Source: Octopus bimaculoides (lineage: Eukaryota). From it: a DNA stretch of 64,000 nucleotides. Every line of letters starts with the position of its first letter. The stretch's first letter is position 1. The translations under genes and the position numbers were made by a program. Under the pieces are notes generated by a model. The model did no database searches. It was given only the letters and a program-made list of their open reading frames with translations, and was not told where the DNA came from. Below, piece after piece: positions 40,562 through 52,212 of this stretch. The stretch is taken from positions 72,443,218 through 72,507,217 of the forward strand of contig NC_068986.1 in assembly GCF_001194135.2 (NCBI RefSeq). Reading direction: 5' to 3'.

Positions 40562-41386
40562 CAGGGTGCAGTGAATAAACTGTTGTCTAAATTATACAAA
40601 AATGAAAATAACACTGACATCTCATTTTAACAGATATATTTACCAAAATTACATAAAAATATCTTGAAATAGTAAAGAGTAAATTTATTCGATAAAATTG
40701 TCATTGGCTTCAACCACAGCCTCCTACCAACTTTGGAATCTCCTGAAATTCTTGTGGATGGTCTTCTTGTTTAAATAGCTGAATGCTGCCATAATCCTTG
40801 CCTTCAGTTCATCTTTGGTTTTACAAGAAGTTTTATTGGTCTCTTGCTCAACAGCACCCCACACATGATAATCAAGGGGATTGCAGTCTGGGGAGTTAGG
40901 TGGTCAGATGTTAGGGGTGATGTGGTTGCAGAAACTGTCTGACAGCCACAACTGGGTTCTCTTGCTTGTGTGGTGGTCTTCCAGCAGCCACCCTCTTGAC
41001 CCAGGGCAGCACTACTTCCTCCAGGCACTTGATGTAGACCTCCATGTTGAGTCTGACACCATGTGGGAAGATGAATGGAGGCATAATGTCACCATCACTA
41101 GTGATCACTCCAAACACCATGATGTCTGGATGTTTGATTTTTATTACTCTCAGCATAAGTCCTCTGATTGCACTGTCCTGAGATTGACCCCCAAACACTC
41201 TGAAATGTTTGCATTGGAGCTTCCAGTGTGATTGCCAAGCAGTACATGTTGTTTCCAAATTTCTGGCAGAGTGAATTCCATCATGGTGTTGTTTTTCTCA
41301 CACATGGTGCCCAACTGACCATACTATACTGTGTAGTTGACAAAACTAAAAATATAAAATAGCGACAATTTACCAATCGCATCCTG
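40562..41386 (-). mobile_element. 825-bp defective maT (DD37D-type) Tc1/mariner transposon
   Basis: TA flanks at 40560-61 and 41387-88; degenerate TIRs CAGG(G/A)TGC. The minus strand encodes KHP.IMVFGVITSDGDIMPPFIFPHGVRLN.EVYIKCLEEVVLPWVKRVAAGRP and *PPNSPDCNPLD; the QQDSAP segment is deleted. Confidence 0.88.
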
Positions 41387-41581
41387 TATAGTGTTGTCAC
41401 TGACTTTGAAGTTTCGGCCTTCATCTGAGTCCAGTGAAGGTTAAGCAGACCAAAACTTCGAAATTACTATCAACACTATTTGTTAAAGAATGATAAACAT
41501 GTATTCTACAAAAGCTAATGAGTAATCCTTCAGTTTAAAGTAAAATTCTTTTTATTATAACGGGGCATATGTAGAGAGATA

Positions 41582-41800
41582 AAGGCAGTGCACTAGTAGA
41601 ATTGTTAGCACGCCAGGTGAAATGCTTAGTGGAATTTCATCTGTCTTTGTGTTCTGAGTTCAAATTCCACCAAGGTCAGCTTTGACCTTCATCCTTTCAG
41701 ACTCAATAAAATAAGTACCTATTGAGTACTGAGGATCAATGTAATTGACTAACCCACTTCCACTGAAATTGCTGGCTTTGTGCCGAAATTTGAAATCAGT
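41582..41800 (+). mobile_element. SINE family A copy, ~100 bp upstream of the last exon
   Basis: Full head-to-tail match: gttagcacgccaggtgaaatgcttag...ttctgagttcaaattccaccaaggtcagc...gtgccgaaatttgaaa. Confidence 0.85.
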
Positions 41801-41901
41801 ATATATATAATATGTGTGTGTGTTCGGCAAGACCTAGCAAATACCATTTGGTATTAACAATTTTTATACTGTTTACATTGTCTGGTTTAATTTTATTTCA
41901 G

Positions 41902-42018
41902 CTAATGAATGCTTTGAAAGAACAACAAGATGTGAATGATCGCCTCAAGAAGTATGTTGATAAAATCATCCTTAAGATATTAGAGAAGAACCAGTCTTTA
42001 CTTGAAATCAACCAATGA
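41902..42018 (+). CDS. RAB11FIP4: FIP3/4 terminal coding exon, Rab11-binding domain: LMNALKEQQDVNDRLKKYVDKIILKILEKNQSLLEINQ*
   Basis: Acceptor ttttatttcAG, TGA at 42016-42018; matches the FIP-RBD pattern LMEALKEQEEINFRLRQYMDKIILAILDHNPSILEIK. Confidence 0.95.
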   Translation, partial: LMNALKEQQDVNDRLKKYVDKIILKILEKNQSLLEINQ

Positions 42019-42283
42019 TTAAAATGGTCTTTATTTTATCTTTATTTTCACCATGAATAATGTTGAGACAATGGTACCAACATCTCCAACTTCAACACAA
42101 CTGCAGCACATACCAAAAAATAGCCCTCCAAATTTACTCATTTTCAGCATTTCTTCATTCTCTCCTTTATCTTGAAATTTTAAAACATCGATACTCAGAT
42201 AAGAGAAAATGCTTTAAATTTTTCATAAAGAATTTTCAAATCAGGGTTATTTTTTTTTAAAAAAAAATCCCTAAACTGCATTC

Positions 42284-42536
42284 AATAAAGACTTTACCTT
42301 CAGGAACTATTATTCTGAAAGAAAATTACTGCTCGTTATTAAGAAAACAAAATAGGTACTTGGATTTGTTCCACTTTCAATTCTTTTCCTTGGTGAGCAT
42401 AAGCAAAAAAAAATATAATTTGAATTTTATTCACGAGTAACGTGTATGAAAAGTGTATGTATGTGTGTGTATGTAATTTTGAAACTGTTGGTATTGGATA
42501 ATAGTTGGTATTAAGCTTCACAAAGGCCTAAATAAA
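42284..42536 (+). terminator. Candidate polyadenylation signals of the FIP gene (AATAAA at 42284-42289 and 42531-42536)
   Basis: First AATAAA hexamers I found downstream of the stop codon. They are common in AT-rich DNA, and the true 3' end may lie further on. Confidence 0.3.
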
Positions 42537-43231
42537 ACAAATGCTGCTCTCTAGCACTGGCATACTCTGTCTTTCAGTTGGACAAATGCTATGTTGATCA
42601 GAATACTTTTCAGGCAGTGTGATTAATTATCAACTTTCATAACTTATTTGGAATGCTTTATTTTTAGTTATTGTTTGTAAGTGTATAGAGTGTATGTGGG
42701 TATTTTATATATATTATATATGTATATATACGCACACATACTGTTTCCAAAGTACTTTCTCAGGCTTTCTGGTTTTGATTTAGCTAGCTTTTCAGTTAAA
42801 GCACATTTTTTTATGTCTAGTCATATATAGTGTATAAACTTTCATTTATTAATGAAAAATGCTACTTCATTTATTTAAAATACAAATTCTTGGAAAGAGA
42901 AAATTTATTGATTTCTATCCTGCCTTATGAATCATAGTTGTTTTCATAGAAAATCAGAATCCCTGGTTTTATTTAGTGAGATCATTTTTTTTTTAAACCA
43001 ACATAAATTAAGAATGTAAAACATGAACAGGTTGCAGTGGTTGAATGTGATCTTTCCGTCTATAAATTACATTGACCTCATCTTTCAAAAATTAAAAACA
43101 TTTTTTCAATTTTTATTTTTCAATTAAAAATCCTTAAATGTTATGTGAAGTTGCAGTATCTCCTGTGTATGTTTGTGTAAATACGTAGTATGTATGTTTG
43201 TGTGCATATGGATATGTGTATATATTGTGTC

Positions 43232-43263
<32 letters not shown>

Positions 43264-44394
43264 NNNNNNNNNNNNNNNNNNNNNNNNNNNNNNNNNNNNN
43301 NNNNNNNNNNNNNNNNNNNNNNNNNNNNNNNNNNNNNNNNNNNNNNNNNNNNNNNNNNNNNNNNNNNNNNNNNNNNNNNNNNNNNNNNNNNNNNNNNNNN
43401 NNNNNNNNNNNNNNNNNNNNNNNNNNNNNNNNNNNNNNNNNNNNNNNNNNNNNNNNNNNNNNNNNNNNNNNNNNNNNNNNNNNNNNNNNNNNNNNNNNNN
43501 NNNNNNNNNNNNNNNNNNNNNNNNNNNNNNNNNNNNNNNNNNNNNNNNNNNNNNNNNNNNNNNNNNNNNNNNNNNNNNNNNNNNNNNNNNNNNNNNNNNN
43601 NNNNNNNNNNNNNNNNNNNNNNNNNNNNNNNNNNNNNNNNNNNNNNNNNNNNNNNNNNNNNNNNNNNNNNNNNNNNNNNNNNNNNNNNNNNNNNNNNNNN
43701 NNNNNNNNNNNNNNNNNNNNNNNNNNNNNNNNNNNNNNNNNNNNNNNNNNNNNNNNNNNNNNNNNNNNNNNNNNNNNNNNNNNNNNNNNNNNNNNNNNNN
43801 NNNNNNNNNNNNNNNNNNNNNNNNNNNNNNNNNNNNNNNNNNNNNNNNNNNNNNNNNNNNNNNNNNNNNNNNNNNNNNNNNNNNNNNNNNNNNNNNNNNN
43901 NNNNNNNNNNNNNNNNNNNNNNNNNNNCATATGCATTGACTGCATATTTTGTCAATGTCCTAAAAATAGCACTTGTGTTTTTATATAAAACTGTGAACAA
44001 ATGAATTATGCACGACATATAACCACTCATAACTTTTTTATTTTCTTGAGTTTTCAGAAAATTTTGCAAATTTATATTCTACACACAGGATTTCATATGA
44101 TTATACCAAAAAAAAAAATAAAACTGTGGTGGTGCGTGATTTAAGGCCAATTTAGCTGTTATTTTTAGCACACCTCACAACCACCTCAATGACAAAAAAA
44201 AAGACAAGTAAACAACACGTATTTTGTAGTTTTAAGCATTCAATATGCATTTAATGCGATAAACAGCACATTACAAATAAAATATTTTTCAAAATGAGAA
44301 ACTTATGGCACAAACTTAAAAGATTTATCCAAAAACAAAATAGTACATTACAAATTAAATATTTTTAAAAAACAAACATCTCCAACCATCTTAC

Positions 44395-44848
44395 CTGGAT
44401 AATGGAGCAAGTCCTCTGCACATACTTCCTTAACATAGCTGTTATAATCAACAGCTGGTCAATGACTCATCCCCAGTTTTTCAACACAAAACCGGACTAA
44501 AGTCAATTCTTTAACCCATGAGAAAAGGAAAAACACTACAGTCATAAGAGGAAGGGTGCCACCTTCAGACCATGTGTCTTTCTTTACTGATACAGACTCT
44601 ATGCATCCTTGGCACATGCATCACCAATACATATTCCTACGTTTTCTTGTGCTCATAAAATGCTTCTTCATTTTGCATAATTCTCTTTTGGGTATAATAG
44701 CCTTTTCTTGCAAGTACGAAACCGCATCCTCCTCTAGTGCATGATTTAAGGCCTCTTTGGCTGCTATTTTTAGTATATATGACAACCATCTCAATGACTG
44801 GAACATATTAGTCAACACATGCTTTCTCACAGACAAAAGAGTTTTCAT
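44395..44848 (-). pseudogene. Merlin (IS1016/IS1595-like, ISXO2 family) transposase N-terminal remnant
   Basis: A single frame reads ...EEDAVSYLQEKAIIPKRELCK...MYW*CMCQGCIESVSVKKDTWSEGGTLPLMTVVFFLFSWVKELTLVRFCVEKLGMSH*PAVDYNSYVKEVCAEDLLHYP. It matches recalled Merlin motifs (FLQE.GI, WRC...C...S.R.DTW, FIY.W..E.TS..FC..ELG, VDWNNYLREVC). No DDE domain or TIRs seen. Confidence 0.72.
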
Positions 44849-47286
44849 GTTTGACTTGTTACTATGGAAACAGGCATGAATGTGTCTGTGGCTTACAATT
44901 GGCTAAGATTACCCAAAATTTTCAAGCTTTAATAACTAATAACTCTTTATTTATTGATTTATGGCAAAAATGATTTTCATGGCATTGATTAGCATATGAA
45001 AGTGTTTCATTACGCTGAATATGAAATCAATTCAAACATAAATTTACCTTGGCAGCCAAACAGAAAAAAATTTTCTGCTTTAGAAGTGTGCATTTCTACC
45101 CCAATAGAAAATATTTTCAGTAGTTTTATAAGTTCATGATCATCATGCAAACAAATCATTCCATTTTACCCCCCTTTCTTTCTTATTTACTTAAATAAGG
45201 ACATATGAAGTTAATGTAGTAAAGACATGTAAGGTTGATGTGATAAGTTCCTGTAAAAGTTGGTGTTATACACTATCAGATATAGTTCAACCAGAATTAA
45301 ACAAGCCACAAGTCTAGCTTCTTATCACCATCCCATGGTGCCTTTTTGTACATCACTTTATGTCCTGTAAAGAACTGTTTGATTAAGTTTTGTTTCAAAT
45401 AATAATTTGATAATAAGAATTTTATTTTACTAAATCCCTCCAAGTTCTTGATTAGTTACAAAATTAGTGCAAATATATGGAGTATATTTCGTTACATATG
45501 TACAAATTAAGCTTTCAATTAAAGTTTGTAAACTGTAACTTTTATCATTTAGTTTCAAACCAACTGTTTGAGAAAATAGTTTATCAAAAAATGTACCTTG
45601 TAAACAAATCTAGAAATAGTTGTTATTGTCATGTGCAAATAAAATCCTCTAAAAATTGGTTTTAAGAAATACGTAGTGAAATATTGTTTTCATAGAAAGT
45701 AACTGTATAACTGAAAAATGCTGTAAAAAAGTTTTCTCTGGTTTAAATCTCCAAAAAGAGGATTTTCTTAGAGATTCTTAAGTTTAGTTTCACTTTTTAA
45801 TTGAATTAATTATCATAACTACTTTATATTTGTAGATGGTATTTATTTCAGATCTGAAACAGCTTCTTGAACTTAATGTTATCTTTTGAATTGAAGACCT
45901 CTGATATTTTCTATTTAACTGGAATCATATCACAACAACATCTGCTAAACTTTCTATATTGAAGATTAGCTTAAAGTAGCATAACACTTTTAGTTAAAAC
46001 ATTAATTTTCAAGAAATGTAATTTGAAATTGAAATTTTGTGAATCTAGACAAAAAAAAAAGAAAAGAGCTGGGTCATGGTAACAACTTAGATGAGTACAA
46101 GAACTTTAATAATTAGTAATACCCATGGAAATTACACGACCCATTTTGTGGTTCTGTCTGGCATAAACATCTCCCCATTCAATAATAATATTTTGTCATT
46201 TCCTTCATAAATAACTTCAATTAATTTCTTGGAAATCTTGTTTTTTGTCTTCTGGCTTATGCAAAATATTCTTGCCTGTCATCTTTGTTGATATTTTACC
46301 TTCTTTCTTGATTAGCAATTCTCATTCTTTCCCTATTAACTTCAGCTTCATTGTTCATCTTACAACACCTAGTTTCATTTCTTACAGTAATTTTATTCCT
46401 TTCCTCCTGATTAATGCTTCTCATCATTCTTGACTCTCCTTTCTTTGTTCCTACTTCTTATTTCTTCTCTTTAGCCTTTCCCCAATCTTTCCCTGTATCT
46501 TCTCTGCTTTTCTCAACTCAATCCTTGTTGTCATATGTGATGATCATCGTCCACTGTCACACTCCAAACTCTGTTTCAATAATAAAATAATTTAAGAAAT
46601 ACTTGATATTATATAGTTGGCATAAACATACACACACACACACACACATACAAATACTAATTGCATGTGCACATATATATGCACCCACCCCACTCTCAGA
46701 CACAGCTAATTGTCATTTGTGTATATATCAATAGCATTCATGTAAGTTTATGTGCACACATGCCATTAGCGTTAATTTTAATCCCTCTCTCCCTGGCTCT
46801 CACATACACACTTGCCTTCCCTCTTTCTACTGTCTGGTAGACTTTTCACACTACATGAACATATCATTAGCGCATCCTTGCTAGCAATTAATAGGTAATA
46901 GTGGTTTGTGATTTGTAATAATTTTGAGAGCCATGGAATATGGTCCAACCAATTGCGAGCATGGAAAACAAATGTCAAACAATGATGACAATATATATAT
47001 ATATANNNNNNNNNNNNNNNNNNNNNNNNNNNNNNNNNNNNNNNNNNNNNNNNNNNNNNNNNNNNNNNNNNNNNNNNNNNNNNNNNNNNNNNNNNNNNNN
47101 NNNNNNNNNNNNNNNNNNNNNNNNNNNNNNNNNNNNNNNNNNNNNNNNNNNNNNNNNNNNNNNNNNNNNNNNNNNNNNNNNNNNNNNNNNNNNNNNNNNN
47201 NNNNNNNNNNNNNNNNNNNNNNNNNNNNNNNNNNNNNNNNNNNNNNNNNNNNNNNNNNNNNNNNNNNNNNNNNNNNNNNNNNNNNN

Positions 47287-47550
47287 ACTGCTAAGTTACG
47301 GAGACGTGAACAGACCAACATCGGTTATCAAGCGATGGTGAGGGGACAAACACAGACATACACACACACACGCACACATTATATATATATGACAGGCTTT
47401 TTTCAGTTTCCGTCTACCAAATCCACTTACAAGGCTTTAGTTGGCCCAAGGCTATAGTTGAAGACACTTACCCAAGGTGCCACACAGTGGGATTGAACCT
47501 GGAACCATGTGGTTGGTAAGCAAGCTACTTACTACACAGCCACTCCTGCA
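47287..47550 (-). mobile_element. SINE family B copy (well preserved)
   Basis: tttcagtttccgtctaccaaatccac..acaaggcttt..ggcccaaggctatag.tgaagacacttacccaaggtgccacacagtgggattgaacc...cacagccactcctgc. Confidence 0.85.
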
Positions 47551-48458
47551 CCTATATATATAAGTAAAAGAAAAGATTTTCATTTCGGTTACATCATTTA
47601 AATCTAATTATTACCTAAAGATGTTTTCAAAAATACTTCTGATATCCTACAGTGTTCTCTCTCTCTCCCTCTTATTTAGAACAGATTGCTGTATTATAGC
47701 AACAATGTAATTTATGCAGGGATCCTAACTGACTTTGCAAATAAATTTCAATTTCCCAATTAAAGACATTTTATATTGGCTAATGCTCCTGAGAAAGCTA
47801 TGAACACTCCACAATCTAACCCTCTGTAATTAGACCTAAATAGAAATCTACATTAAAGTAACAATTAAATCAGCAAAAATATATTATTGTTTGGCTGTAA
47901 TTTCCTGCAAACAAAATGGTAGTTCAGAAAAATTAACTTTGTCTTGTTTCCACCAGTATATATGACTAGCAACAAAAAGATAAACTCACAATTGGCATTC
48001 ATGTCTCAAATTCAAATTTTACTGAACTCAATATTGTCTTTCATTCCTCTAAGATTGATAATACAAATACCAGGCATATACTGGGGTTGATGTTTATCAA
48101 ACTATACCTCTCCTCTAAACATATTTGCCATATTCCAATGAAGAGTTTGTCCTATTTGAATATATATAATTAAACACTTGGCTTTGCTTTCATTTATAAG
48201 AAAGTCAAACATTATATGCTGATTATCATTATCTTCTGTATATACATATTTTCTTTAACTGTGTGAATGTGAGAAAGAAATACTAACATAATTTATTTTC
48301 ATGTTTTGATTTTAAATTTTTGTTAATGTCACACTCCTTTTCTGAAAGGTCTACATTTCACCTAATTTATTAATTAATGTTTCCAATGGAAACTGAACAA
48401 AAAAATTCTTTGAAATTGCTTAGATGAAGGATAAAATATATCTTTAAAAAAAAAACAC

Positions 48459-48499
<41 letters not shown>

Positions 48500-48638
48500 N
48501 NNNNNNNNNNNNNNNNNNNNNNNNNNNNNNNNNNNNNNNNNNNNNNNNNNNNNNNNNNNNNNNNNNNNNNNNNNNNNNNNNNNNNNNNNNNNNNNNNNNN
48601 NNNNNNNNNNNNNNNNNNNNNNNNNNNNNNNNNNNNNN

Positions 48639-48921
48639 CTCCAAGGCACAAGTCTGGGCAAGGTTGTTTATGGAAGACCAGCAGTCACCCATGCATACCA
48701 GCCTCCCCTCTCCATGCCACCGATGTTATCCAAGGGAAAGGCAAAGGCTGAGACAGCTTGGCATCAGTGATGTCACAACTCATTTCTACAGCTGAGTAAA
48801 CTGGAGCAACATGAAATAAAGTGTCTTGCTCAAGAACACAATACGCAGCCCTGTCCGGGAATCGAACTCACAGCCTCACAGTTGTAAGTTCAGCGCTCTA
48901 ACCACTGAGCCATGCGCCTCC
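48639..48921 (-). mobile_element. tRNA-derived SINE family C, near full length and young
   Basis: The reverse-complement head GGAGGCGCATGGCTCAGTGGTTAGAGCG...GAGTTCGATTCCCGG carries Pol III A and B boxes, then a ttgtgttcttgagcaagacac core; the 3' end runs into a gap. Confidence 0.88.
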
Positions 48922-50844
48922 ATTATATATATATATATATATATATATAAGGAGAGTAGTTGATAAAATGAGATGTGGTTGACAGGTCAAAAATAAATCT
49001 CCTTTGTTATTGCCTTCTTCTGTCAAAGCAACAAACTTTGCTTGCATTAAATAGTCAAGGAAATTTAGAAATAGGATGTTTTTTAATCCTTAACTCTTTC
49101 ATTACCATATTTCTGTTGAAATACACTGTTTGTTTCAGTTAGCATTAAAGATATTGGGAAATTTAATAAAATTACATTTTTAGATAGCACTTTTGTTCTG
49201 TTTTTAGATTGTAAAAATGGTTAACCTCATGATGGAACATAACATGAAAATTTATTGGAAGGTTTTAATTTAGGTCATTTTAAAACAGGGAGTTTGTACT
49301 ATAGAACCAGGGGTGATTTCAGTCATGTTGATATCAAAACGATTAAAAGGTAATAGGGTCAGACTTACAGACTGCCAATCCAATTTTCTGGCCAGTCTCT
49401 TCAACAAAATATATTTTTCTCTTGTCCATTGAAATCTTTTAAGGAATTTTTAGATAGCACTTTGTTCTTTTTTTAGCTTGTAAAAATGGTTCATTCTTAA
49501 ACGTGTGTGTGTGTGTGTGTGTATGTATGTATATAGATACTGTGTAGACTTTCATCTTTAAAATTAGTAAATAATACTTTTTACAATTTAAAAGATAAAT
49601 ATGAATTTTCTTTTCAGACAATATGTTGAGATGATTAATATTTCTTCAGATAGTAGATGACATTATGAAGAGATTCTTCATAATTCATCACAGAAATTAG
49701 AATTTTTCTCAAGTTTGCAGACTATCTTTCATTTAAATCCTTCAGTTTATTATGTTAAAATGTTATGAAATAATTTCATGATTAATTAGTCTCTTGTATA
49801 TTAACATTAATTAAAGATAATTAGTAAATAAACATAAAGTAATTTTAGTTAATGACATGGAAATTATCAAATAATCACATTCTATATTTTTTAATAGCAT
49901 TTTCTGACAATGTTGAATTTAGGTACCAAACAGTTCTCAGGTGATTTTTTTTTTTTTTTTTTTTATTAAAAGAAAATGAAATAAATTTTCAACAATTTAA
50001 TAATGTAAACATTAAAACCAAAATGAGAGATTGTGAAACATAAAATGATACTTTAATTGCTAAATATGCGTGGTATATGTTTTGATTTGATGTAAGCCTA
50101 TGAGATATACACTATTCTTTATTTTAACATCTTTTAACATCCAGACTGTGATATACAAGTTATTTCTTCAAGATCTATTTTAGTTCTGATATATCTAAGA
50201 ATGTACATTTGATAACTCATATTCCATATCCTGCTATGAATTGGTCTGCCAAAATTTATAGAATATTTTCATATATTTGTGAATTTGAGGTTATAAAATT
50301 CTCGCAAAAGCAAATTTCTATAAATTGTGATATATATATATATATATACACATATAATCAATCTATACATGTGTGTCATGTTAAAAGTGTTTTTAATTTT
50401 AGATCCAATTAAATTATATTGACCAGTCATACATTTTTATAAAGTGGATTTAATTTAAACATTTATTTAAACCAATGTCGACCCACGTTTTTATTTGATT
50501 TCATTTTTATTCTAAGTTAGCAAATGAAGCCTTGTTTTGTTTTGTTTTGTTTTTTTAACAATATATACTTTCTGCTTCTTTTAAATACTTGAAAAAAATT
50601 TGATTGCTTGAATGTGACATTTTTAATTATGTTGAAAAGCATCAAACAATTTGATTTGTTATATAACTCATTTATAGAACCTATGAAATATATTGTTACT
50701 GACATTACTTCATCATTGTTAAATTTCATTGTTTTCAAATAAATTGCTAAGAAGAAAGTTGATCTTTGTTTTTTTATTCTCCACCTTTACTCCTATTTTA
50801 TTTTTATATTACCATTTGTGATTATGTTTCAACATATGCACAGG

Positions 50845-50950
50845 CTCTGGTTTCAGATTTATTTCGTGGCACTTTGGGCTAGTATCTTGTACTAATAGCC
50901 ACAGGCAGACTAAAGCCTTGAGGATGAATTTGTTAAGTGGAAACTGACAT

Positions 50951-51031
<81 letters not shown>

Positions 51032-51250
51032 ATTGTCTTTATAATGTTTGTCCACCACCACTATTTGACAATCAGTATTGGTTTATTTACATCCCTGTAA
51101 CTTAGTAGTTTATCAGTTTGGTGAAAGAGACCAATAGAATAAGTACCAGTCTTAAAAGATAAATACTGAGGTTGATCTGTATGAGTAAACCCCCTAAAGG
51201 TGGTGCCCAACATCATTGTAGTGCAATGACAAACAAGTAAAAGATAAACA
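50845..51250 (+). mobile_element. SINE family B copy with internal (TG)n/(TA)n tract and 3' tail
   Basis: gtggcactttgggctagt...aaagccttgaggatgaatttg..ggaaactga ... aagagaccaatagaataagtaccag ... aaacaagtaaaagataaa. Confidence 0.7.
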
Positions 51251-51316
51251 AAATGCATTCATAATGTTAAGATAATCTTCAGAGATTGTCAGAGAATAGA
51301 TATTCTTTTCCACTCA

Positions 51317-51518
51317 AGGCAAAAAGCCTGAAATTTTGGGGGAGGCGGGGTAGTCGATCAGATTGACCTCGGTATGCAACTAGTACTTAATCTATTGACT
51401 CCGAAAGGATGAAAGGCAAAGTTGACCTCAGTGGAATTTTAATTCAACATAAAAATAGACGAAATAACGCTAAGCATTGCGCCTGGCCTGCTAACATTTC
51501 TGCTAGCTCGCTGCCTTA
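51317..51518 (-). mobile_element. SINE family A copy
   Basis: ccgaaaggatgaaaggcaaagttgacctcagtggaattt...ctaagcatt.cgcctggcctgctaac..tctgctagctcgctgcctt. Confidence 0.85.
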
Positions 51519-51808
51519 GAGAATAGATATTGTGCAAAGAGTTTGAACTATATAAAATGTCTGTTCATATTGCATGCATACAATGTTTTATTGGTCTGAT
51601 CTCTATGATTATTTAGTTGTCTGTTCCAAGAGTCATGCAAAGGTCGAACTTTTGTTTTCTGTTATGTAGTCAAAAAATATTAGGCACTTTAGCAGTGGAA
51701 ACAGTGTACATATATATGACATGATAAATAGTTTGGGTAGATGATTTCAGAACTGTTGCAAAATACTATTGCAAAATATAAGAAGTGTTTTATTTCATAA
51801 TACATGAG

Positions 51809-52211
51809 AGAAGACCCGGCAAGCCAAGTAAGATCGTTGCCAGTGCCCCTGGACTGGCTCTTGTGTGGGTGGCACATGAGATGCACCATTTTGAGCATGG
51901 CCGTTGCCAGTACCGCCTGACTGGCTCCCGTAGGATTTTCGAGTGAGATCGTTGCCAGTGCCCCTGGACTGGCTTGTGCGGGTGGCACATAAAAGACACC
52001 ATTTCGAGCTTGGCCGTTTTCATGCGGGTGACACGTAAAAGCACCCACTACACTCTCTGAGTGGTTGGCGTTGGGAAGGGCATCCAGCTGTGGAAACTCT
52101 GCCAAATTAGATTGGAGCCTGGTGTTGCCATCCGGTTTCACCAGTCCTCAGTCAAATCGTCCAACCCATGCTAGCATGGAGAGCGGACGTTAAACGATGA
52201 TGATGATGATG
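51809..52211 (+). mobile_element. Young 5'-truncated RTE LINE 3' UTR with (GAT)n tail
   Basis: Two internal ~70-bp direct repeats (gatcgttgccagtgcccctggactggct...); ends ccaacccatgctagcatggagagcggacgttaaac(gat)n; flanked by ATGAG at 51804-08 and 52212-16. Confidence 0.88.
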
Positions 52212-52212
52212 A

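Larger units (their letters stand above)
1173..42018 (+). other. RAB11FIP4: Rab11 family-interacting protein 3/4 (class II FIP, nuf-like) gene, 3' portion: 10 coding exons, 5' end not in window or alternative
   Basis: Ten exons with GT-AG boundaries and matching phases give 1006 nt = 1 nt + 334 codons + TGA, with no internal stop. The product starts PNKRLSSAAYASQL (cf. recalled human FIP4 PNRKISSTAFGRQL) and ends SLADEIDNLSKEELMNALKEQQDVNDRLKKYVDKIILKILEKNQSLLEINQ (FIP-RBD). It is probably co-orthologous to vertebrate FIP3 and FIP4. Confidence 0.93.

Noticed and set aside
25704-48692. Long track ORFs containing X runs (25704-26327, 35366-35641, 43124-44069, 46881-47457, 48370-48692)
   Set aside because: They are artefacts of translating through N-gaps and flanking (TA)n tracts.
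48850-48921. tRNA-like sequence on the minus strand with A and B boxes
   Set aside because: It has no acceptor stem and continues into a SINE body, so it is a SINE head rather than a tRNA gene.
49176-49491. ~47-bp direct repeat 270 bp apart (tttttagatagcacttt...gtaaaaatggtt)
   Set aside because: Only two low-complexity copies with no coding or terminal features; probably a local duplication.
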